The position numbers and the translations under genes are program-made. The notes beneath the pieces are model-generated. The model did not search any database and was not told the DNA's origin. It saw only the letters and a list, made by a program, of their open reading frames with translations. A stretch of 27,022 bases of DNA from Meiothermus sp. (GTDB taxonomy: Bacteria > Deinococcota > Deinococci > Deinococcales > Thermaceae), in the NCBI GenBank assembly GCA_033762915.1, contig JANRLD010000041.1:1-27022 (forward strand), read 5' to 3'. This document shows positions 9,925 through 18,124 of this stretch, in pieces; within the stretch, counting starts at the first letter, position 1, and the number at the start of each line of letters is the position of its first letter.

Positions 9925-10830
9925 ATGTTGGCCGCACTCTTCCCCGGTCAGGGGTCGCAGGAAATCGGAATGGGCAAGGCCCTGTACCAGAGCTCCAAGG
10001 CTGCTCAGGATGTGCTGGACAGGGCCGAGGCCGCCTTGCCGGGGTTACTCGAGTTGATGTGGCAAGGCCCCGAGGACGACCTCAAGCTGACCAAGAACCA
10101 GCAGCCCGCGCTGCTGGCGGCGGGGTACGCGGCCTTCGCGGCGTACCTCGAGGCCGGCGGCAGGGCCCCGGACTTCGCGGCCGGGCACAGCCTGGGCGAG
10201 TGGACCGCCCACGTCGCGGCGGGGACGATCAGCCTCGAGGACGGCCTGCGGCTGGTGCGCAAGCGCGGTGAGTACATGCAGCAGGCCGTGCCGGTGGGGG
10301 CGGGCGCAATGGCGGCGGTGATTAAGATGGCCCCGCAAACCATAACCGAGCTGACCGCCGGGATCGACGGCGTGGAGATCGCCAACTTCAACAGCCCCGA
10401 GCAGACCGTGATCTCTGGCACCGCGGAGGGCGTGGGCCGGGCCACCGAACGGCTGAAGGAGCACAAGGCCAGGGTGATCCCCCTGCAGGTCTCGGCCCCA
10501 TTCCATTCCAGCCTGATGCGGCCCGCTCGAGACCAACTCCACCACGACCTCTTCAGCGTCGAGCTGCGTGAGCCCAAGTTCCCGGTCTACTCCAACGTGC
10601 TGGCCAAGCCCGAACCCCGCCCCACCATGATCCGCGAACTGCTGCTCGAGCAGATCACCCACTCGGTGCGCTGGGTGGAGATTTTGCAGCACCTGAAAGA
10701 GAAGGGCGTGACGAGGTTCCTGGAGTTCGGCTCGGGCAAGGTGCTGGTCGGGCTGGTCGGGCGAACCCTAAGCGAGGTCGAGGCGCGGTCGGTGACCAGC
10801 CCGGATGAGATCGCGGCATTGGTGCAGTAG
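9925..10830 (+). CDS. fabD: Malonyl-CoA:ACP transacylase
   Basis: LFPGQGSQ, GHSLGE, VSAPFHS; ATG 2 nt after the fabH stop. Confidence 0.96.
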   Translation: MLAALFPGQGSQEIGMGKALYQSSKAAQDVLDRAEAALPGLLELMWQGPEDDLKLTKNQQPALLAAGYAAFAAYLEAGGRAPDFAAGHSLGEWTAHVAAGTISLEDGLRLVRKRGEYMQQAVPVGAGAMAAVIKMAPQTITELTAGIDGVEIANFNSPEQTVISGTAEGVGRATERLKEHKARVIPLQVSAPFHSSLMRPARDQLHHDLFSVELREPKFPVYSNVLAKPEPRPTMIRELLLEQITHSVRWVEILQHLKEKGVTRFLEFGSGKVLVGLVGRTLSEVEARSVTSPDEIAALVQ

Positions 10831-10931
10831 GCGGTGGGTGGTTAGGGGAGCAGAGAACAGGGTGCGGTGAACCATCTAAAGGCTTCCCGTTCCCTATCTC
10901 CCCCGGCCCTGTTCCCTCTCTCGGAGTGCGT

Positions 10932-11669
10932 ATGCGAAAAGCCCTAGTCACAGGTTCATCACGCGGAATTGGTCGGGCGATTGCCCTTGAACTCGCCAGC
11001 CGAGGCTATGCCCTTGCGGTTCACTACGCGGGCAACCAGGCGGCGGCAGAGGCTACGGCAGAGGAGGCCAGGAAGCTTGGCGCTTCGCAGGTGGTGGTGC
11101 TGGGCGCGGACTTGTCCAGTTCGGCGGCTGCGGGCAAGCTGGTAGCAGAGGCCAGCGCGGCGCTGGGGGGCCTCGAGGTGCTGGTCAACAACGCTGGGAT
11201 TACCAGGGACACCCTGCTGATCCGCATGAAGGACGAGGACTGGGACGCGGTGATCCAGACCAACCTGACCGCGATCTTCCACACCACCCGCGAGGCCATC
11301 AAGCTGATGATGCGCCAGAAGTGGGGCCGGGTGGTCAACATCAGCAGCGTGGTGGGGATTTTGGGCAACCCCGGCCAGGCCAACTACGTGGCGGCCAAGG
11401 CGGGGCTGATCGGCTTCACCAAGGCGGTCTCCAAGGAGTACGCCACCCGGGGCATCACCGTCAACGCCGTCGCGCCCGGCTTCATCGAGTCCGACATGAC
11501 CGCCAAACTGCCCGAGAACGTGGTGGCCGAGTACCTGAAACAAATCCCCAACGGACGCTTCGGCAAGCCCGAGGAGGTCGCCAAGGCCGTGGCCTTCCTG
11601 GCCTCCGACGACGCGGCGTACATCAACGGGCAGACACTGTGCGTGGATGGCGGGATGACGCCGCATTGA
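10932..11669 (+). CDS. fabG: 3-oxoacyl-ACP reductase
   Basis: TGSSRGIG, NNAGITRD, GQANYVAAK, VDGG; GGAG SD at 10923-10926 favours ATG 10932. Confidence 0.96.
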   Translation: MRKALVTGSSRGIGRAIALELASRGYALAVHYAGNQAAAEATAEEARKLGASQVVVLGADLSSSAAAGKLVAEASAALGGLEVLVNNAGITRDTLLIRMKDEDWDAVIQTNLTAIFHTTREAIKLMMRQKWGRVVNISSVVGILGNPGQANYVAAKAGLIGFTKAVSKEYATRGITVNAVAPGFIESDMTAKLPENVVAEYLKQIPNGRFGKPEEVAKAVAFLASDDAAYINGQTLCVDGGMTPH

Positions 11670-11716
11670 GCACGCTTTTGGCCTTTAGTTAAAGGCTAAC
11701 CGCTGGAGGATCACCC

Positions 11717-12466
11717 ATGATCGACCTTACCGGCAAGACCATCCTCCTCACCGGGGCCTCGAGGGGCATCGGTGCGGTGACCGCCAAGGTGCTCGCGAAG
11801 GCGGGAGCCCAGGTGGTACTGCACTACGGGCGCAGCAAGGCCGAAGCCGAGGCAGTGGCGGCTGAGGTGGGCAACTGCCATCTGGTGCAGGCCGATTTGG
11901 CCCAGCCGGGGGCGGCCCAGGGGCTCTGGCGCGAGGCGCTGGAGTGGCGCGGCCGGATCGACGTGCTGGTGAACAATGCGGGCATTGCACCCTACGCCTC
12001 GGTAGAAGACGACCTCGAGACCTGGAGCCGGGCCTGGGGCCAGACCTTGCAGGTGAACCTGGTCGCGCTGGCCGACCTCTGCCGCGAGGCCATCGGCCAC
12101 TTTAGGGCCAGGGGCGGCGGGATTATTGTCAATGTGGCCAGCCGGGCGGCCTTCCGGGGCGACAACCCCAACATGATGCACTACGCGGCCTCCAAGGGTG
12201 GGGTGGTGGCGCTCACCAAGAGCATCGCCCGCGGCTTCGCCCACGAGAAAATCCTGGCCTACGGCCTGGCCCCCGGCTGGGTCGAGACCGAGATGGCCGC
12301 CGACTATCTCCGCGAGCACGCCGCCGACATCGCCAGGGACATCCCCATCGGCAGCGCCGCCCCGCCCGAGGACGTGGCCCACACCATTGCCTTCCTCGCC
12401 GCCGGGCTGGCCCCGCACATGACCGGCGCGACGCTGGACATCAACGGCGCGTCGTACGTGAGGTGA
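11717..12466 (+). CDS. Classical short-chain dehydrogenase/reductase
   Basis: TGASRGIG, NNAG, YAASK; GGAGG SD. Confidence 0.92.
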   Translation: MIDLTGKTILLTGASRGIGAVTAKVLAKAGAQVVLHYGRSKAEAEAVAAEVGNCHLVQADLAQPGAAQGLWREALEWRGRIDVLVNNAGIAPYASVEDDLETWSRAWGQTLQVNLVALADLCREAIGHFRARGGGIIVNVASRAAFRGDNPNMMHYAASKGGVVALTKSIARGFAHEKILAYGLAPGWVETEMAADYLREHAADIARDIPIGSAAPPEDVAHTIAFLAAGLAPHMTGATLDINGASYVR

Positions 12467-13208
12467 GCCGGCCGGCCGGGCCCCTGCGGCCACCCCCGCG
12501 CCGCGCTCCCTCCCCAACCCCGACGAACAGCCCCCGCCCGCTGATGCCCTGATCGTCCAGCTCGGCCCGCAAGCCCGCCTTCACCAAGGCCTGTGCGTAC
12601 TCCCCTCGAGTGAACAAGAACAACCGGTGCTCCTCGAGCCAGTGCCGCACCTTCCCGCCCTCGCCGTGCAGGTAGTGGAACTCGAGCACCGAGACCCGTC
12701 CCTCCGCCCGGCTGGTGTTCATCCGAACCAGCTTGAGGCCGGGCTCGTCCACGGTCTGCAGGCCGGTGTGCCCGGCCTCGAAGGTCTCGGGGAACAGCCA
12801 GGGCTCCAGCAAGACCACCCCGCCGGGGTTGAGGTGCTCGGCGAAGCAGGCCAGGGCTCGCTCGAGCGGTTCCACCCCGTCCAGATACCCGACCGCGCTG
12901 AACAGGCAGGTGATGGCGTCGAAGCGCCCCCCCAGGCTGAAGCGGCGCATATCACCCTGGTGAAACCTGAGGTCGGGGTTGCGCCGCTGCGCGCCCTCGA
13001 GCAGCTCGGGGCTCAAGTCCAGTCCCTCACAGCGGTAGTGGGTTTTGAGGTGCTCGAGGTGCCTGCCCGTCCCACAGGCCACGTCCAGCAGGCTGCGGGC
13101 GCGGGGGTTGTGGCGCCGGATGAGTTGGTGGATGAGTCGGGCCTCGAGGACGTAGTTCTTAAGGCCATAAATGCGGTCGTAGACCTGGCTGTTGTCGTAC
13201 TGAGCCAC
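12441..13208 (-). CDS. Class I SAM-dependent methyltransferase (DesVI/TylM1 amino-sugar N-methyltransferase-like); 3' end uncertain
   Basis: LLDVACGTG, GLDLS, GDMR, FDAITCLFSAVGY, LNPGG..LEPW.FPE, SGRGLFVG; low-complexity tail overlaps the SDR stop. Confidence 0.88.
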   Translation of the reverse strand: MAQYDNSQVYDRIYGLKNYVLEARLIHQLIRRHNPRARSLLDVACGTGRHLEHLKTHYRCEGLDLSPELLEGAQRRNPDLRFHQGDMRRFSLGGRFDAITCLFSAVGYLDGVEPLERALACFAEHLNPGGVVLLEPWLFPETFEAGHTGLQTVDEPGLKLVRMNTSRAEGRVSVLEFHYLHGEGGKVRHWLEEHRLFLFTRGEYAQALVKAGLRAELDDQGISGRGLFVGVGEGARRGGGRRGPAGRLTSRTTRR

Positions 13209-13506
13209 GGCAAACCTCGCTGGGCTTTGGCGGGAAAAGGCTGCACTTAAGGTGGGATGGGACGCCCGGACACTGCCGGACAGAAAATGGGAACAGCAAA
13301 ATCTTTACCCCCCAAGGGGGGTGGGGAAGAATGCGACAGCCTGGCCCAGTTTCGCCACCTTCACATCACCTGGCCTCAGTGTAGCACGGGCAAAGGCCTG
13401 CCCCCACGGCCGGCCGGCCGCGAGGGGGCGGGGGGATCGCCTTTAGCCCGCCAAATGCGCCTCGGCTTTGTTTACAGCGGGCCCGTTGCGCTATGATGGG
13501 TCGTAG

Positions 13507-14226
13507 ATGATGGAATTCTCGAGAGATTTGCTGGGCCTGGGCGAGCGCATCGTGATGGTGACGGGCGCGGGGCGAGGGTTCGGGCGCTCCATCGCCCGCT
13601 CTTACGCCCGCAACAACGCCACCGTCATCACCGTTGACCCCGACGTGGAGATGGCCACGGCGGTGGCCTCGGAGGTCGAGGATTTGGGCTCGCACGCCAT
13701 TCCCATTCGCGGCGACATGTCGGCGGTGGTTGACGTGATGGGCACCTTCGAGAAGATCGAGGAGTTGTTCGGCACCTTGGACGGCATCGTCCACGTGACC
13801 AGCGCCGAGAGCAAGACCCCCTTCGTAGAGCTGCTCGAGGGCGAGTGGTACGACCTGCTCAACGCCGATGTGAAGTCCAGCCTCTATGTGATGCAGCAGG
13901 GCCTGCGCTACCTCTCCGGCGGCGGCTTCATGACCCTGGTGCTGCCCCCCCTGCACCGCGAGCAGCCCCACGTGGCCTCGATCCGGGGCGCGGTGGCGGG
14001 CCTGATCGAGGGGGCCACCCGCATCTTCCCCACCAACGTCCGGGTCAACGGCCTGATCCCCTCCCGCGACCCCGCCGGCGAGGAGTCCGACCGCGCCCTG
14101 GTGCAAGCCGCCGTCGCCATCGGCTCGATGGCCGCGCAAGGGATTCGCGGCCAGATGCTCGAGGTGCTCCTCCCCGAGCCGCCGCACCAGCCCGAAATCT
14201 ACGACCTGCTGCGGGAATTGCCTTGA
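13507..14226 (+). CDS. Atypical SDR-fold oxidoreductase
   Basis: TGAGRGFG Rossmann motif, RVNGL; lacks NNAG and YxxxK; TATGAT at 13492-13497. Confidence 0.85.
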   Translation: MMEFSRDLLGLGERIVMVTGAGRGFGRSIARSYARNNATVITVDPDVEMATAVASEVEDLGSHAIPIRGDMSAVVDVMGTFEKIEELFGTLDGIVHVTSAESKTPFVELLEGEWYDLLNADVKSSLYVMQQGLRYLSGGGFMTLVLPPLHREQPHVASIRGAVAGLIEGATRIFPTNVRVNGLIPSRDPAGEESDRALVQAAVAIGSMAAQGIRGQMLEVLLPEPPHQPEIYDLLRELP

Positions 14227-14357
14227 GGTGAAGCGGTGAGCAGCGTCAGAGGGAAGAGGCCGGAGGGGAGGGAAAACCTTGCCGCCCCTTCCCTCTCTCC
14301 CCCTCCCCCTCGCTCCGCCTCACCCCCCTCCCGCACCCCCCAACCAAACCCGCACCC

Positions 14358-14888
14358 AAGAACAGTCCGTTATGCGCTCACCCCGACAGCCCCGTGCAGG
14401 ACAGCCCCCCCACCGACGAGGGGTCGGTGATCCGCCGCAGGCGGGAGTGCCCCAACTGCAAGCGGCGCTTCACCACCTACGAGCGGGCGCAGGTCGAGCC
14501 GTTGCTGGTGGTCAAGCGCGACGGGCACAAGGAGACCTTCGACCCCAACAAGCTCCTGCGCGGCCTGATGCTGGCTACCCAGAAGCGCGACGTGATCGAC
14601 CCCCAGGAGTTGCAGGACTTCGCCTACGGCTTCGAGGACTCGGTCAAGGAGATGGAGATTTCTTCCGAGGAGATCGGGCTGCGGGCCCTGGCGTTCTTGA
14701 AGACCCTGGATCTGGTCTCCTACATCCGCTTTGCCTCGGTCTACCGCGAGTTCGACAGCCTCGAGAACTTCATCGAGGAGGTCCGCAAGCTCGACCGCAC
14801 GCCGCGCAAAGGCCGCAAGGTGGCCCTGGAGCCCGAGCACGACGACGATGTGAATCTGGAAGACGAAGCAAAACTGGGGACAGTGTAG
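14358..14888 (+). CDS. nrdR: Transcriptional repressor NrdR; 5' end corrupted (start codon not intact)
   Basis: IRRRRECPNCKRRFTTYER, VVKRDG, ATP cone, YIRFASVYREF. The in-frame upstream reads KNSPLCAHPDSPVQDSPP where NrdR has MxCPxCxxxDSRVxDSRP. Confidence 0.92.
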   Translation, partial: KNSPLCAHPDSPVQDSPPTDEGSVIRRRRECPNCKRRFTTYERAQVEPLLVVKRDGHKETFDPNKLLRGLMLATQKRDVIDPQELQDFAYGFEDSVKEMEISSEEIGLRALAFLKTLDLVSYIRFASVYREFDSLENFIEEVRKLDRTPRKGRKVALEPEHDDDVNLEDEAKLGTV

Positions 14889-14904
14889 CGCCGAGTCTGC
14901 AGGC

Positions 14905-16335
14905 CTAAGCCAGCTCCCCCTTTGGCGCTTCCGCCCGCCGCAGCGACACGCTGAAGGTCGAGCCCTTGCCCAACTGGCTCTCGGCCCAGACCGTGCCGCC
15001 GTGGGCCTCGACGATGGAGCGCACAATGGCCAGGCCCAGGCCCGAGCCGCCACGCTCGCGGTCCCTGGATTTGTCCACCCGGTAGAAGCGTTCGAAGAGG
15101 TGCGGCAGGCTCTCGGGCGGGATGCCCTCGCCGTTGTCCTCGACCCGGATCACCGCCCGCTCGGTGAGGTCTCTCGCCACCAGCCGCACGCGGGTGCTGC
15201 CGGCCTTGATGGCGTTGGAGACCAGGTTGGCGATCACCTGGTGCAGCCGCTCGGGGTCGCCGGTGGCCCACAGGCGATCGGGCACCTCGAGCTCTATCGG
15301 GCAGCTCTTGCCGTACTCCTCCTGGATCTCGTGCAGCAGCGTGGCCAGATGCACCGGCCCCAGCTCGACCTTCCAGCTCCCGCCGGTCTTGGACAGCTCC
15401 AGCAGGTCGCCCACCAGCTTCTGCATCCGCTCGCCCTCGCGCTTGATGATCTCGAGGCTCTCGCGCTGCTGCTCGGTCATGGTGGTGCGGCGCAGCAGGT
15501 AGCCCACGTGGCCCAGCATGGCGGTCACGGGCGTCCGCAGCTCGTGCGAGGCGTCAGCCAGGAAGCGGCCTTGGGTCTCCCAGGCGTTGTCCAGGCGGGC
15601 GAGCATCTGGTTGAGCGCGCGCACCAGCGAGCTGACCTCGTTGTTGCCCACCACCTCGGGCAGCTTGGTAGGCTTGTCCGAGACCTCCTCGGCCTTCTTG
15701 GCCACCCAGGTCAGGGGCTCGAGGGTGTTGGCCACCAGCCTCGAGGCCAAAAAACCCCCGAAGATCAGCACCAGCAGCGCGGTGGCGGTGTAGGTGCGGG
15801 CGAAGTCGGCCAGCAGGCCCTCGATGGGCTCCACCGACTTGCCCACCATCACGATCACCGGGTAGGAGGCGGGCGGGCTACCGAAGGGGATTGGGATGAC
15901 CCGCAGCCGGGCCACCACCGCCAGCGGGACGCTGCTCTGGTCGGTGAGGCGCAGGGTGGTTTGCAGCCGCAGCCCCTGGCCGTCCTCGCGGCACAGGCTG
16001 TCGTAGGCCTGGCGCGTGAGACCGATCTGCCCACTCCCTACAGCCAGGCTGGCCGGCAGGGGGATGGTGGACAGCTCGAGGTTCTCGTAGCTGGGGCAGC
16101 GGTTGTCGAAGGTGGCGACCACCTTGGCCTGGGCGTAGATGCTGGCGGGTAGGTCGGTAAGGGCGGCCTTCTCCTGGAGCAGCCGCAGCGAGGTCAGCGA
16201 GGTCTCGTTCAGCTCGGCCCAGAGGTTGCGGTACAGAATCCCCCACAGCAGGCCGTAGACGCTGGTGCCGATCAGCAGCAGCGAGAAGGCCAGCAGCGCC
16301 AGCGTCAGCAGGGTAATGCGGCTGCGGAGGGTCAT
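14905..16335 (-). CDS. Membrane sensor histidine kinase (2 TM, HAMP, HisKA, HATPase)
   Basis: FLADASHELRTP, NLVSNAIK, DNGEGIP, FERFYR, GSGLGL. Confidence 0.96.
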   Translation of the reverse strand: MTLRSRITLLTLALLAFSLLLIGTSVYGLLWGILYRNLWAELNETSLTSLRLLQEKAALTDLPASIYAQAKVVATFDNRCPSYENLELSTIPLPASLAVGSGQIGLTRQAYDSLCREDGQGLRLQTTLRLTDQSSVPLAVVARLRVIPIPFGSPPASYPVIVMVGKSVEPIEGLLADFARTYTATALLVLIFGGFLASRLVANTLEPLTWVAKKAEEVSDKPTKLPEVVGNNEVSSLVRALNQMLARLDNAWETQGRFLADASHELRTPVTAMLGHVGYLLRRTTMTEQQRESLEIIKREGERMQKLVGDLLELSKTGGSWKVELGPVHLATLLHEIQEEYGKSCPIELEVPDRLWATGDPERLHQVIANLVSNAIKAGSTRVRLVARDLTERAVIRVEDNGEGIPPESLPHLFERFYRVDKSRDRERGGSGLGLAIVRSIVEAHGGTVWAESQLGKGSTFSVSLRRAEAPKGELA

Positions 16336-16443
16336 GAGGCCCCCAAAGGCGGGCGGGAGGAGCTGGGTGGGTTTTGCCCCCGCCCTCCCTTTTCCTCTGC
16401 GCCCTTAGAGGTAAGGGCACACCCCGCTGTCTGTGGCCGGAGA

Positions 16444-17127
16444 TCAATCCTCACGCAAGACGTATCCTACCCCGCGCACGGTGTGGATCAGGCGGCGCTC
16501 GCCAGTGCCCTCGAGCTTCTTGCGCAGGTAGCCGATGTACACGTCTACCACGTTGGAGCCGCCCTGGTAGCCGGGCCAGACTTTTTCCTCGATCTCGAAG
16601 CGGCTGAAGACCTTGCCGGGGCTCTTGGCCAGCAACTCCAGCAGCTCGAACTCCTTGTTGGAGAACTCGATGCGCCGCCCGCCCCGGTAGACCTCGCGGC
16701 CCTCGAGGTTGATGATCAGGTCCGAGACCCGAATCTCGCCCGTGATGGCCGGAGTGACCCGCCTGAGGTGGGCGCGGATGCGGGCCAGGAGCTCTTCAAT
16801 GCTGAAGGGCTTGACCAGGTAGTCGTCGGCCCCGGCGTCCAGGCCCTCGACCTTGTCCTCCACGCGGTCCTTGGCGGTGAGGATCACGATGGGTACGTTG
16901 GAGGTCTTGCGGACGCGCCGCGCCACCTCGAGGCCGTCCATCACCGGGAGCATCAGGTCCATCACGACGAGGTTGGGGCTGGTCTCGCGGAAGCGCGACA
17001 GGCCGGTGATGCCGTCGTAGGCCACCTCGGTGCGGTAACCCTCGGCCTGCAGCTCGAGTTCGATGAACCTTGCGATGTCCTTCTCGTCTTCGACGATGAG
17101 GATGAGGGGTTGGTCGTTGCCTTCCAT
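16444..17127 (-). CDS. OmpR/PhoB-family response regulator (MprA-like)
   Basis: [50 protein letters not shown] -10 box at 17134-17139, 6 nt before the ATG. Confidence 0.97.
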   Translation of the reverse strand: MEGNDQPLILIVEDEKDIARFIELELQAEGYRTEVAYDGITGLSRFRETSPNLVVMDLMLPVMDGLEVARRVRKTSNVPIVILTAKDRVEDKVEGLDAGADDYLVKPFSIEELLARIRAHLRRVTPAITGEIRVSDLIINLEGREVYRGGRRIEFSNKEFELLELLAKSPGKVFSRFEIEEKVWPGYQGGSNVVDVYIGYLRKKLEGTGERRLIHTVRGVGYVLRED

Positions 17128-17352
17128 GCTGCGAGGGTAGCGGAAACTCTCATGAGAATATAGAAGAATTCCCTAAGATGTGGCTCAGAAACCAGGCAAA
17201 GGTGAGACCCAGGACAAATTGTAATGATTCCGCGATGAGCCCCTTCCAGACGCACTAACCCGGCCTGCCAAAGCCCCAGCAAGCAATCTTAAGATTACGC
17301 CAAATCTGCGGCCCGGACACGGGTAGTCGGCGGGTCGCGGGGGCCGCACCCT

Positions 17353-17410
17353 GAGCGGCACCTAAGTCGGCTCGAGGGTTGGGCAAGCCCTCCCCTTTAG
17401 CCGACTCATT
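17353..17410. terminator. Hairpin downstream of the 17428 gene (possible terminator)
   Basis: AGTCGGCT...AGCCGACT outer stem with GAGGG/CCCTC inner stem; no clear U-tract. Confidence 0.35.
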
Positions 17411-17427
17411 GGCCTTTACCGGGCGGA

Positions 17428-17868
17428 CTACTTCAGCATCTTGGACTTGCCCGACTCGACCTTATGGGCCGCCAGCTTGTCGGCCTTGCCACCTTTGGGC
17501 TTAAGCTCCTCGGGCGGGGCCAGCATGGTCAGGCGGGTGGGGCTGGGGGAGGTCTTCTCCTCCTGCTCCTCGGCCTTGCCGATGTCGTATTTGGAGTTAT
17601 CGCCCAGCACCTTGATGAGCTTCTCGCGGGTCACGAAAACGCCCTCGACCATGTAGACCAGCCCCCGCGACTGGTGGGTGATCACATAGGGCTTGTTGTT
17701 AAAGTAGCGCACGCCGGTGTTGTGCCTCCGGGCGTGGCGGGCCATCCGGGCCAGCGCCCGCATGGGATCTTTCTGATGCCGAGCGAACATCTCCGGCCCC
17801 TTCCAGGCCAGCGCGATCAAGCCGACTACGGCCACCATCAAGACGAGGAATATGAAGTCGGTGTTCAC
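17428..17868 (-). CDS. Hypothetical membrane-anchored protein
   Basis: N-terminal hydrophobic helix FIFLVLMVAVVGLIALAW and host-like codon usage. Start placed at GTG 17868 (inferred) rather than 17946. Confidence 0.75.
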   Translation of the reverse strand: MNTDFIFLVLMVAVVGLIALAWKGPEMFARHQKDPMRALARMARHARRHNTGVRYFNNKPYVITHQSRGLVYMVEGVFVTREKLIKVLGDNSKYDIGKAEEQEEKTSPSPTRLTMLAPPEELKPKGGKADKLAAHKVESGKSKMLK

Positions 17869-18124
17869 AGTGAGTCTAGGATGGCACAGCGGCAGGGGGC
17901 TCGAGGTGCAAATGAACCGCGCCGGACCCCTCAAGGGGCCGTGCAAAACCCCGTAATTACCGGGACAGAGCGCAATTGTCAGGTCAATTGCAGGGCGTTA
18001 AGCGATGTAACGGCAGTCTTTAGTTAACGGCGCTCGAGGCGACGAGGAACCACCCCAGGGCAGGAGCGGTCGGCGATGCGCGGCTCACGGGGCGGGCCAG
18101 CGTTTCCCGCCTCCCCTCCCCGGC

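Noticed and set aside
12441..12520. Functional overlap of the methyltransferase tail with the SDR 3' end
   Set aside because: The tail is low-complexity G/R-rich beyond the family's normal end; more likely a lost stop codon or local sequence error.
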